DNA of 64,000 bases from assembly GCF_964355755.1 (NCBI RefSeq), contig NC_092675.1, positions 28,244,912-28,308,911 on the forward strand, in the 5' to 3' direction. The notes below the pieces were generated by a model. The model worked only from the letters and a program-made list of their open reading frames with translations. It made no database searches and was not told the DNA's origin. The stretch is from Antedon mediterranea (Eukaryota; Animalia; Echinodermata). The position numbers and the translations under genes are program-made. Positions 42,701 through 54,200 of the stretch are shown piece after piece (the first letter of the stretch is position 1; each line of letters opens with the position of its first letter).

Positions 42701-43972
42701 AGTAACAACAATTAAAATAACTTTATTACATTTTACTTTATTTATTTATTTATTTATTTATTCGTAACTGACATACACTTTTTTTTACAAGTGTACTGCT
42801 GACTTCCAAAATGGTTCAGTAACAACAATTAAAATAACTTTACATTTTACTTTATTTATTTATTCGTAACTGACATACACTTTTTATACAAATGTATTGA
42901 TACCTTCCAAACTCAAAAAAACAAATCTTATAAATTAATCAAAACACTTCCAAAAAACGAAAACAAATTAAATTAACATAATGTATTTAAAATACATTTG
43001 TGGTAAAAGATGCTGTAGTCAAATTGGTTTTAGTAATTTCTAAAGTAAAGATTTGAAAATACAGTATACTGTAGCTCTGTAAAAACAGACTTTATTAAAA
43101 CGGTTGAAAAAGGAGTTGGAAATACAGTATGTTATGAAAGTTTTCCATATTAAATTCTGTAGACAGTACAGTACTTTGTTTTAAAAAACTATTAAGATTA
43201 AGAGAATCATTCCAAATTTTTCATTTATTGTTATAGCGATCAGATAAATCTTTTACTATAATATTTTTTTTCACAAATTTTTGTTATTAGTTTGTACGTC
43301 AAACCTATACATTTTTTCAAATTTAGGGGAGAAAACAAAGATTCACTTACAAAAAAAATAATACTAAAGACAGTACAAGTAGGTGCATAATAAAAAAAAA
43401 ATGTTTTTCTTTCTTTTTTTATAAAATATTTGTTTTAAAAATATATTAATTTAATGTTAAAAAATAAATAGTGTATTTGTACTCAGTTGTGTATAAATAA
43501 TTTTGTTTTTCAATATGAGACTGGATCGCAAACATTATTTTTGTTAATTTAAAAACTCTGTAATATAATATATACTGTAATTTTCATAACAAAATTGAGA
43601 TCAAATAAAATATAGAATATATTAAAAATGTATTTTTAAAATCTACATTCTAATACTGTATTTGTTAGCTCACAGCAATCATATATGGTAAGGAATATTG
43701 GAAAACAAATTTGTTGTGCAATTAGCTATAGTATACTGTATTTCAGATCAAAGCCGAAAAAGAAATAATCCAATACTGTACTTCATTAAATGTGTATATT
43801 ATAATCCAACTTTATTAACAGAAATAAAAAGCGTATCAGTTAATACTTACATCGAAAACGCAAAACAGTAATAATATTATTGTGAATAAAAACATTAAAA
43901 AAAATTAAAAGTTAAATTATAAAAAAAAGAAACATTTTATTTACTTACCATCATTTGAAAATTTGGATTCAT
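12737..43972 (-). CDS. RNF220: E3 ubiquitin-protein ligase RNF220, 12 coding exons, about 592 aa
   Basis: Minus-strand exons 43972-43949 (MNPNFQMM, least certain), 40629-39981, 28143-28017, 27264-27225, 25994-25877, 23847-23717, 20235-20112, 16358-16178, 14814-14756, 14019-13841, 13641-13567, 12808-12737; total 1779 nt, phases consistent. Motifs MENSAF..LVVLGSTAE, GAFRPF, SAFVPAK, KANRQSRLNARVG, EEYTWCGQTRIRATT, VDGDDTAEYG, and RING CLICM..QCWHVHCQECWLRTLGAKKLCPQCNMITAPAQLRKIYL*. Confidence 0.96.
13348..13487 (+). mobile_element. MITE family A
   Basis: TIRs and internal motifs. Confidence 0.88.
14438..14586 (+). mobile_element. MITE family A
   Basis: Perfect 23-bp TIRs. Confidence 0.92.
14852..15120. 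mobile_element. MITE family B (TIR AGCCTGGTTTCCAT-AAAATCGCTACA)
   Basis: TIRs of about 26 bp, subterminal GTAGCGATT..ATGGAAAC repeats, TAA/TTA flanks. Confidence 0.88.
16481..16632 (+). mobile_element. MITE family A
   Basis: Internal motifs, partly decayed TIRs. Confidence 0.85.
18085..18128. mobile_element. 44-bp mini-element with perfect 18-bp TIRs and a 7-bp TSD
   Basis: CTTAAAC [CATGGACCTATAAATATA aattagta TATATTTATAGGTCCATG] CTTAAAC. Confidence 0.8.
19179..19310 (+). mobile_element. MITE family A
   Basis: Left TIR intact, right end GATAGTGTAGA. Confidence 0.87.
19697..20175 (-). repeat. 74-bp tandem array duplicating the 3' half of RNF220 exon 7 plus its splice donor
   Basis: CCTTACC anchors at 20106, 20032, 19958, 19884, 19811, 19757 (periods 74, 74, 74, 73, 54) plus a partial distal unit. 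Confidence 0.95.
20523..20688 (-). mobile_element. MITE family A
   Basis: Reverse-orientation copy with TIRs. Confidence 0.87.
23279..23390 (+). repeat. Dispersed repeat with a second copy at about 32812-32932
   Basis: CAAAAATTGGATCGAA...AGCAACAAA...TTTTATAAGTGAAA in both copies. Confidence 0.6.
29875..30192. repeat. Tandem duplication of about 155 bp, RNF220 intron 2
   Basis: TATATAAAAAC..GGCTACCGGCAGA..TATGTGAAA..AAACTAGATA..TGTATGTTCTAGCTTT occurs twice. Confidence 0.85.
42572..42910. repeat. Tandem repeat, about three units of 100-120 bp, RNF220 intron 1
   Basis: TACTGCTGACTTCCAAAATGGTTCA...TATTCGTAACTGACATACA repeated with a variable (TTTA)n tract. Confidence 0.9.
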
Positions 43973-44039
43973 TTTGTCAATTATTAAATAAACTCTTGTC
44001 CGACAAAAAAAGATTAAATTTCAAACCGATAATTTCTTA

Positions 44040-44702
44040 TACATGCATTTCGTGCCGTCTCGCGGCGTAGAATGATGATATGAACAGCGAAAGATAGAGT
44101 TGATGCAGTCGAAAAATGTTGAGCAAATTCTATCAACTGTGTTTATATCAATGATTTCATTGGTTAAAACAGAAACTATGAGCTTTTAAAGCAACTAAAC
44201 TATCTATTGGAGTTAAACAACCAATGATATGGCTCATAGAATAATTAATCATTCAACTGTGACAAGCAAAACAGAAAATCTTTTTTACATTTCAGACTTG
44301 ACCTTCGACCTGGTAGGACTATAATTTCCGGGAGAAGTACACAACGGTAGATCTCAAAACTTAATAAGCAAAAGATATTCTTACTATTGGGCCATTGTTA
44401 TAAATACTCACCTTTTAGGTAAACTAAACTTAAGAGAAATGCATCTCATTACCTGAAATAAGAAATACTTACAAGATGCCGGAAATTTACATGGGATAAT
44501 ATAGGGCTCTCTGACAGTCGTATTTATTTACTGGATGAGAGAGTGTACCTTATGAATATGTAAATGATATTGTCTATACAGCAGAGGGCGCTAATCATAA
44601 TTACAAATGGCAGTTTTTGCGCTAACTGTTTTTAATCGGCAGAGAATCAAACAGCTGTGTAATAATTAATATCAGTCTTTTTCAATATAGCTTCTAGTAA
44701 CG
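44040..44702. promoter_or_regulatory. Probable bidirectional promoter of RNF220 and CLIP4-like, including a probable non-coding first CLIP exon ending at 44702
   Basis: Genes are head-to-head. Several CCAAT/ATTGG boxes (about 44160-44390), DR1-like TGACCTTCGACCT 44299-44311, ZNF143-like ACTATAATTTCCGGGAG 44318-44334, ETS CCGGAAAT 44479-44486, CTCF-like CAGCAGAGGGCGCTA 44579-44593, strong donor CG|GTAAGT at 44702/44703. Confidence 0.6.
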
Positions 44703-45290
44703 GTAAGTACATGGTTAGGTCAATGATATTTATTTGTAAAATGGCTATCTATTAATTTTACATTATCATTGTTTTTATTGGCATCATTTCATGAAATAAG
44801 CTAGGCCTTCTTTCACCCAATTGAACAGTTAAAATGTGAGGGACGTTAGAGGTATCTTGCCTGCTGTGTTTTGAGTTCGTGCTAGCTATACTCTCTCAGA
44901 CCTGGCCTAGAAGAATATTTGGAAATTACCGGTGTTTGTGTTTTTAATGCACATGCTACAGTATAGTCAAGTTTATAATAATATAATATTACAATTACTT
45001 AGCTTTTTTTTTAGATTAAATTGATTATTTTTATTTGTTTAAAAGAAAAGGATGAAAATGATGCACAACATCACTGCATCAGTCAATAAACAATCACATC
45101 TTTCTACTACACTAGTAGTAGTAGTACCATGGAGCTATACATTACTAGGCCTAGTAATAGTACTAGCTAGCCTTGGCCTACTGTAAAATATTTACGTCAT
45201 ATCTGTTAAGTGTTATGTTGTACAGTTATTGTAAGTGTTTAAATTCTACAAATTAATGTGCGGTTTAATGATTTATTGTTCTTAGTGAAA

Positions 45291-48200
45291 ATGACGTTAG
45301 ATGAAGAGATAGCAACCATGACGTCAAATTCTACTGCAAAACCCAGAGGACCCATGATCCATAGGGTGATGGAAGCACCTATCTGCCAACAGTGCCAACG
45401 ACTTGACCTCTCGTTCTTTGATCCAAATTGTCCAGGATGTCATTCAATTCTTGTTGACCCAAACACAGAAGTTGCCGAGATATTTGCCATTATCCGACAA
45501 TGGGTACCACAAGTTCAACAGAATATACACTTGTTTGGTGAAGAGGTATTTCTTTCTTTGATTCTTTCGTACTGTACAAAGAACATGCAAAATAAAACAG
45601 ATATTCATGCCCGTATAACACATAAAAGTTTGAAAAAAGAAATGTACAAGGAAGTGTACATGGGACCGTTTGATAAATTAAAAAAAAAATAATAATAATT
45701 TTAATCAATTCAAATTCCAGATAAAAAATTATTTTAAAATGGCTGAAATTGGTCAAAAAATTATTTATTAAAAAACAAGTAAAACACTGAAATAAAAGTA
45801 AAAACAATCAAATTGGTAATTATAGTTATAATCTTTCCATTGGAAGAAGAGTTTCTAAGGTCAAGGGTTAAATCCTGACCGAGAGCCAGGGTTTTATCTG
45901 ATAAATATTTCTTCTCCATCTATAAGGACGAAATGGACAAGTCTACTTTTATTCGTTTATTTGTTTGTTGTTTTTAGTTTCAAGGTGTAATTTCACTCTT
46001 CCCTAGTATTTTTCATGGTTTGTGCTTTATAAATCTTATTATTATTTTATTATTATTACGATAGAGATATTTTTTTCCATCCTCTCATTGGTGAGTTACT
46101 TGCTGGATAGGAAAACATTTTAAAAATGCATTTTGCTATCGTTGTCGTTTTTTTCTGTTCTCTTTGATAAAAATACTTATTCATAGTTGCCCCATTTAAC
46201 AGTTAAATATTATGCTCGTTTATAAATATGAAGCAATTTTCTTTACCTTATTTCTTCCATAAAACACTTTTAATGTAAGTTCACATCCTCTTTGTGCCCT
46301 TGGACATGTTGACACATGTCCGTCATATTCATATAGCACGTTAGATTGCCCGTCCATCATGTTCAGAACGCTAGTTATATTGCCCACTTATAATTATACG
46401 TACTTACCGAGCAATCTTACCTGTCTACAGAGAAAACTAAGATAGCTTTTTCCAAAGACAAATAAACCATGCTGTTTCTTAGCTTACTTATCTGGCAATT
46501 CCAATAGGAAATAACAGGCATTATTTGGACAAGTAAACGAAAAATAAAATATCACATTGGGAGTTGAAAAGTTACGTTTTTAGCATGCTTGTGTGACCGT
46601 CATATATTGTATTTTAGATTTTTATACAAAAATTGAAATCCGCAAGTAAAGCTATGATTATGATTTGTAGGCAGATTTTGTTTAATATTATTATTTTTTA
46701 TGATTAACGTCCTTTTGAGACATTATTTTATTTATGTGGATTAGTGTGGATTGCTTCTCAACTACACCCCTATGGCAGTTCCTGGATTTTTTTTTACTGA
46801 AACTATAAAAATATTTTATATTGAAAAAGGAAATACACTAGTTTCAATTTTTACATTCTACATTTGAAAAACATATTTATTATTTAAAATTACAAAATAT
46901 GATTTAATATTATTAAATTAGTTAAATTTGGATTAGCAAATAACTGCTGATCAATATAGATTGAGAGCAGAGAAACTATATTTTTTTATTGCGTTTTTTG
47001 GCTTTTGGCCTATACCATGTGGTAATAATAATATTCGTTCTTAGTCTTATATAGCGCTTATTGTACAATGCTTCTAAGCGCTTAACATTATTACCCCAGT
47101 AATATAACAGCGTAGATCTAACTGGTTCCCATTTATACACCTGGGTGGAGAGAGGCAAATGTAAAGTAAAGTATCTTGCCTAAGAATACAAGCAATGCGA
47201 CGAGAGTTCGGATTCAAACTCATGATCTCACAATCAGTAATTCAACACACTGCCCCACACGCCCTTATGAATGTAGCAATAACATATTTTTCTGTAGCAT
47301 GACTACACTGGCAAAAATGTTCCCTGACTTTAAATAGCAATATTTAAATATACCACTGACTATGTAGACATTTTACACATTTTGTCAAGAATTTATTGCT
47401 TTTCTGTACCATCTGTTTGGATATTTTACTTGGCATATTGTGTTCAGAATTCAATGTTCAAAAAATGTTTGATGTCATTTTATGTTTCATATCATGTAAT
47501 TTGAATATGAAAATCAGTGTTCGCAATATCACTGGTCCACCAGCCAATGACCAGTTAAATATAATGGCGGACCAGTTAAATAGTAAAATATGTTATTTAT
47601 TACTGTTCTGTTCTGAAATTTAACAATAATATAACACAGGCATACCAGTTACCTATAAAAAGTGAATACAGATCTAGACAGTCAGAATATTCATGGAGGA
47701 AGTAATACATAATGTGGTCAATATACTGTACATAAATTCACTGTTCAAGCACTATATTACTACAGTAAAATGTGTGACAGCAGCATAACACAGGAGGGGA
47801 GACCCCTGTTTTAGCCTCCAATGCTGGGTACTGTAATTGCATTGGACTACTCATGCTTACAGTAGGCAGTATAAAGTATAGCTTTTCATCTTATACATGT
47901 AGTAGAGTATAAAATGCCCTATTTACTCGTACTGTATATATTTTCCAATATAAATTCATTAAGATATGTTATTATTGCCTTGAAGAGGTAGATCATTGGA
48001 GACTACCAACTCAATCAATATCATTCAAACATGGAGGAAATAATATAATATATATAATATATTATTTTTCCCATGGAATATTCAACTAAGATTTAGAAAC
48101 TTAATAATATAAACAAAAGTGTTGAATTGAATGTATTATATATTAGTAATAGTAGTTGTATATTTGATAATCATAATTTATTTTTTATAAACCAAATACA

Positions 48201-51200
48201 AATTCATTTTACAACAAATGATAAGCGGCCACTTCACTGTCCTCTTCAGTTATTTCATTGTTAACACTTCTTCAGAATGAGTGATTATATTATTTATTGG
48301 TGAGGTGTGATTCATTATTGATATGGATTTACACACGGCTTTGACATGACTAATCTCTATTCAATGTTGATAGTTTGCTGATAATCAATAAAATTGTGTA
48401 CAAATAAAATTGATTGATTCCACAAATATGTGTATAGTATTATAATGCATTATTTTAGATACGCTTTCTATTAAGTTAGTACTGTGGTTAATTGTAAAAC
48501 ATTTGATTTATTCAGATTTATTCAGTATGGAAATTTCCCAGTTGCCAAAAATATCCAGCCTTTTTTCAAATCATAAACGGTTTTTTTCTTCAGTATTTAA
48601 ATTAAAATGAAGTGAGTTTAAAACTTTTAGCAATAACATTTACACAAGTGTATGTGGAGGTACACACCAAATTGGTGACAGTGGCTTAAGCTGCTTTTGT
48701 GCAGCTTAAGCAGCGAGTGACTATGATTTTATATTTTCTTCTTGCGTTGTGTTTTAATTTGTTGATTTGTGTCACTGTGTTACATTTTGTAAAATGTATC
48801 TTTTGCCTGAATAAATAATAATAATAATAAGTTTGAGGCTTGTGCATATGTGCTTATAACCTTTGTATTGTAAAATGCTATGTTTCAGCCTTCCCGGCTA
48901 TTTGTGGCATTGTTCGTCTTTTTAACACCTGAATTATTAGGCTCTCATTGTTTTAAAGACAGAGGTCCAGTACACACATATGAATCTTGTCCACTTTTGA
49001 AGAACCCAGCACATCTTTCGTGATGGGTAGAAGTATTGTCCTTGTTCAATTTAACCCCTACAGCTGTTCTTGAGATCTACTGTTCCTACCTGTAGTATTA
49101 AGCTGCTTTTACATCGCACCTGGATTCGATCCGGTGCCTTGTGAAAAACATTGTGGAAAATGCCAAATTCGTACGATTTGAATCCGTTCCAAATTCGTAG
49201 CGTTGGATCAAGAAGGCATTTGTTTTCTGAAATCGTTCAATTCTTTTTTTTGTCCAATATCAGCAATGAGCATAAATGACCTTGCTTGACAAAGGATAAA
49301 CAAATGGTTGATGTGAAAGCACGCTCAATGCTTGTGATATTTTTCTTAGAGTGTCGGACCGAATCTGGGCGCGATGTGAAAGTAGCTTTAGTCTGTTTAT
49401 ATCACCGGGAATCATGGTGGCCAACACAAATATAAAAAATGAGAACATAAATTGATAATAATTATCTTGCAACATCTACAGTACAAATTACATGTTTCTT
49501 ACTAATAGAACTAACCTTAAATCTCACTTTTAAAAAATGTTCATCATTGTGTTTTTCATATTCCTTTATAAAAATAGTTTATTTACTTTTTTTATTTAGA
49601 TCCTTAAACGTGGCGCTAACCATGATGACCGCGATGGACTGACAGACATGACACTTCTCCAGTATACATGCAAGTCAGGAGCTGCTGGGGTCGGCGATGT
49701 CACAAACTCTGTACGATTTGTCACACAGTTACTAAGCAAAGGTGCAGATGTCTCAATAAGATGCCATTGGACACACATGACCGCACTTCATTACGCAGTT
49801 TACTTTGATGTGACACCTATTATATTATTACTACTAAAAGCATCTAATTTAAAAGGTAAATTGACTTGTTGTTTTACGTAAAGGTGTTAACGTGATATTC
49901 TTTAAGATTTCAGATAATCTATCATTAGATATATCTTGTAAACAATCTTTCTAGTGTTTACTTACTCAACTTTTATAAATATCATTTAATTCTCCCATGA
50001 CACTCATTGGGTGATCAAATATTATATAGTTTTCTAGAAATTCTTATATTTTGAATGTGTTTTTAACGGTAAAAATGAATGTGGGACCTTTTGTCTGGTT
50101 TTAGGGGAGATTTTCCGGTTTTTTTTTCCATAGAGTCCGGTGGGAATGAATTGTATCAGTCATCGTGTTGTATAAAACCAACAAATTAATTCCTGACTTT
50201 TTATATTTTCTATAATTCCATTTTCAATTCAAATTGAAGTAATTGTATTAGATTTCTAGATGTTTTTTTTTGAAGAATTAACTGTTAAAATGTGTAGTTA
50301 GAAATCCAGGTTGGATGTAAGATGCTTCGATACTAGCAAACCGGCCCACATGAGGCGTATCGCAATTATGGTTTTATTTCTATCGCGATCTATTTGCCAG
50401 TAATAAATCGCTGTCAAGCTGTTTTCCCTTTCCTGTCCAGTATACTATCATTTTTAGCATGCCTCGACACTGTCAGACTTAGCATAATAAGGACAATAAT
50501 AAGGTTTGTGCAAGTCTGCTATTACTCGCCACGCAATGCTGTTATATGAGCAGTCCCACGTGCATGCTCTAACCGCCAGTAATGCATAATACAGTTAGTC
50601 CGCCAGGAATCACATTATGGACATTTCAACGCATCAACCACTCATTCTCAACTACTCTACATTCACGACTGTGTCCATCAGCGGAGAGTTTGACCCTTGT
50701 TGACCTTTTCGGATAATCTGTTGAGAATGTTGTCATTAATTCTTCGCAACATTAAGTTGATCGGCGAGTTTTAAGGCGACAATTTGTTAGCTTTTGCTTA
50801 ATTGTCTGTTTCTTTTAAGCCAGAATACAAAATTTTGCCGCAGATGCTTCTTTTATTTGTTGTGAATTTCATATTTGTTCTTCAGTTGAGAGTCTTTTTA
50901 TTCAAAATTTTTTTCAAATCTATTCAATTAGTACTAAAAATTGTTGCCTAACCATAACACTGCATCAATTGAAAAACACAGTTAGTCAGTCAGTTATTTT
51001 TTTTTTATTTTAACTGATTTTATGTTAATGACATAAGAATTTGAAATAAAAATGCAGTAGACTGTTTTATCGAAAATCATTAATGAATGTAATTTATACT
51101 AATCAAAGATCTTCTCCAAGCGAGGGCTATGCATAGGTTGTTGTGTGTGTGATTAATAGATGTAAATTTTTTAAATTTAAAAAGCAATAAAAGAAAAAAA

Positions 51201-54200
51201 ACAGTTTTTCTTGGATCGGTCATGATTGGGAAAAACAATTTTTTTAGGTCTTATTACAGAAATATTGAATTGCTTAATTTATTTTAAATTTATATGTTAT
51301 ATTTGTAGATGTTGATAGCCGATGTCGTGAGTATAACAATGGTACGTGTCTCCACATAGCAGCTAGCAATTGTTGTTTTGAAGCGTCAAAATGCTTATTG
51401 CAACACGGGGCAATCGCTACTCTCAAAGATGACCTTGGTCGTACCCCGATCGAGTGCATTCCCGACCCAGATTCTCTCAACGACAACAAAGAACTCGTGA
51501 ATAATGCTATGCGGTTGATACACATGTTACAGACTGAGCCAGAATTCAGCATTCCAAGGTACACGTTAGCGTCGTATGAGAGTGTGCCAAGTAAGGTACT
51601 TCTAGCTTCACTGGGGCTCAGCATTGGGGATAAGGTCACCGTTGGAGGTTCCAAGGTAAATATGTCAATTACATTATTTTAATTATTTAAATTTTAATGA
51701 TTTTTAGTGACACCGTGAAAGCTTTTTTAAGGCATACTATATTTCCACATCCACATATGAATGTTTATTAATGTATTTCTATTTATTTATTTCATTTTAG
51801 TCATTGACACTTGCTACAATACCAGTTTAAAATTGCCTAAATTGTCATGCCTTTTATTGGAAGGAGAAAAAAAAAACACACCAATGTTTATGATCTATGG
51901 CAACTGGCATACAAATTAAGTCTCTCACCTAGGAATTGATTTTCAGTAAATTTCTTTATTGTATGTTTGATAATCTACAATCTGGTCTAAACCTCTATTA
52001 TTGATAAAGTGCCTGTTCCAATAAAATAATACATACTTTATTAATATAAATTTACACAAAATTTTGCAATAAAATTTGACTAAACAACTTGTACTAATTG
52101 GAATAATTTATAAACAATAATATTCAAAATAGATATAAATAGTAATTATTGTGAAGGCTGATGTAGATATATCATTTTTTATCATTTATCATTCTACGTC
52201 TTTGCCATTCCATTTTGAATGTTAAACCTCTCTTCTTCTTAATTAGTTTCTTTTCCAGTTAGTTTCATGTTTTTCTTGTGGAATTATGAGTCAAGGTTTT
52301 GTGTAAAGCATTAATAAATTATAAAATAATATTTTTATTGCTGATTAATCGGTTATTTTTTATTTTGTAATCTTTATTTCTATGTGTCCTTGTAAATGTT
52401 GGCTTCTTATCAATGTAGCGATGAAATAAACTATCATATGTATGGGTTTTTTTGGTGGGTTTTTTTCAGCAAAATTTTTCAAATTCTAAATTCACACAGA
52501 ATTTTCTAAAAACATACTGTATTTCTTAAGGGAACATTTATTGGGTCCTGAAATTGTCTCCTTTAGAGGACCACGCTCATTTTCAACCAATTATGTAGAC
52601 AAAATAACATACTACTGTGACCTTGGTGAAATATTCTGGCTAAATTCACATAATTGTACAAATGTTAAAAGTATTTAATGTGAGTGCCTGTCTGTAATAA
52701 AAAAATATCTTGTGATAGTTTTAAAACTGCGAATTTGTTTTATAGCCTATAAAGTATTTTGAACTCCTTCGTCTGATGTCACTAGGAATTATTAGAAATA
52801 AGAAGAGTTTTATATCCTAATTTCATTGTTTATTAAATGTATTTAATGTTGCTTGTATAGTTTTATTTTTTAAATATTTGCATATTATGAGGGTGTATCA
52901 ATTTGATCTGTGGTGCGCATGTGTACAATTGAGGGACTAGTGCTGTTCCGCCATACAACGCCGAAAATGTTATCCAATCGAGTTTGAACAATGCCATGGA
53001 AGCCCCAGTGGTCTGATGGTTAGGATGTCTGTGCATAACAAGCAGAAGGTTCCAGGTTCAAATCTTGGTTGGGTTAAATTTTTGTCACAGATTTTCTTAT
53101 CTTTATCTTTTCAAATTAATTAAATTTCAGTATATATTATCACTTTTAGAATTTATTCTGTGCCTGTTAACTTATATATACAGTATATATTATTTTATAA
53201 ATTAATGAATTTGCAATTTGTTTTTATTTTTTAGATTGGTATTTTGCGATATTGTGGAACAACACAGTTTGCTCCAGGTGTGTGGGCTGGAATTGAATTA
53301 CCAGATCCTGAGGGAAAGAACGATGGAAGTGTCGGAGGAATAGCATACTTCTCATGTCCTGTCAAACATGGTAAATGTGACATAGTTGAATTATAACATT
53401 ATATGCACATTAATAATTTATAAATTTCATTTTATACAAATATATACGCCTTGTCCCACCTCCCATTAGCGGCCAAATAGTAAGGTACAATAAACAAATA
53501 ACATTTGCATTTTAATAATGGAAATAATTAGTTTAACAAAACTACAGTAGTATAGGCAATTAATTTTGCTTAAAAATGACATAATTTGCATATTTTATAT
53601 TTCTTTCTTGCCTTTATTTTCATAGAAGCAATATAAAAAAAGCAGAAATATCTGACACCCATTTTCCATTGGTTATTTTTTGCTACCGATTGCATGAAAA
53701 TATAAACAACCATACAGTACACAAAATAAAAAGATGCCTATAAAATGCCTATTCAATAATCCTGATTCTTGCTGCACTATTTATCTTTGCATGTAAATTA
53801 AATATGTTTTTCCTGTGAAACTATTTACCAACTTGTTTTTCAGGAATCTTTGTGCCTAAGTGGAGGATTGATAAAGTAAATAAATCATCTAAAATCCCTA
53901 GGTTGAAACCCTCACCGCCCAAAGCCAAGTCAGGTGACAAAATAAACACAAATGTCTTCTCATTTTGAATGAGTTTTACTCGGGAAAATGTTTTGATTTT
54001 ATTCAACCAAATCACTTACGATATTAAATCTCTTTCTAACCTCATATTTAATTTTTCTTTTTGTTCAATGTACAGTGTATTGTTGCATACTTCAAGTTAT
54101 GATATTTTTACATTTTTTAATTTCCATTTTTGTTTTGGTTTAAATGTGTTACATTGGTTAGAATTTCTTTTTGTGGGTTATCAGAATTTTATTTCAAAGT

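Noticed and set aside
51274-51654. 126-aa minus-strand ORF (also 49596-49778, 53821-54015, 57935-58177)
   Set aside because: Antisense shadows of CLIP coding exons.
52998-53075. tRNA genes (also about 56430, 11190, 9810)
   Set aside because: A/B boxes present but no clean cloverleaf; they fit SINE heads or relics.
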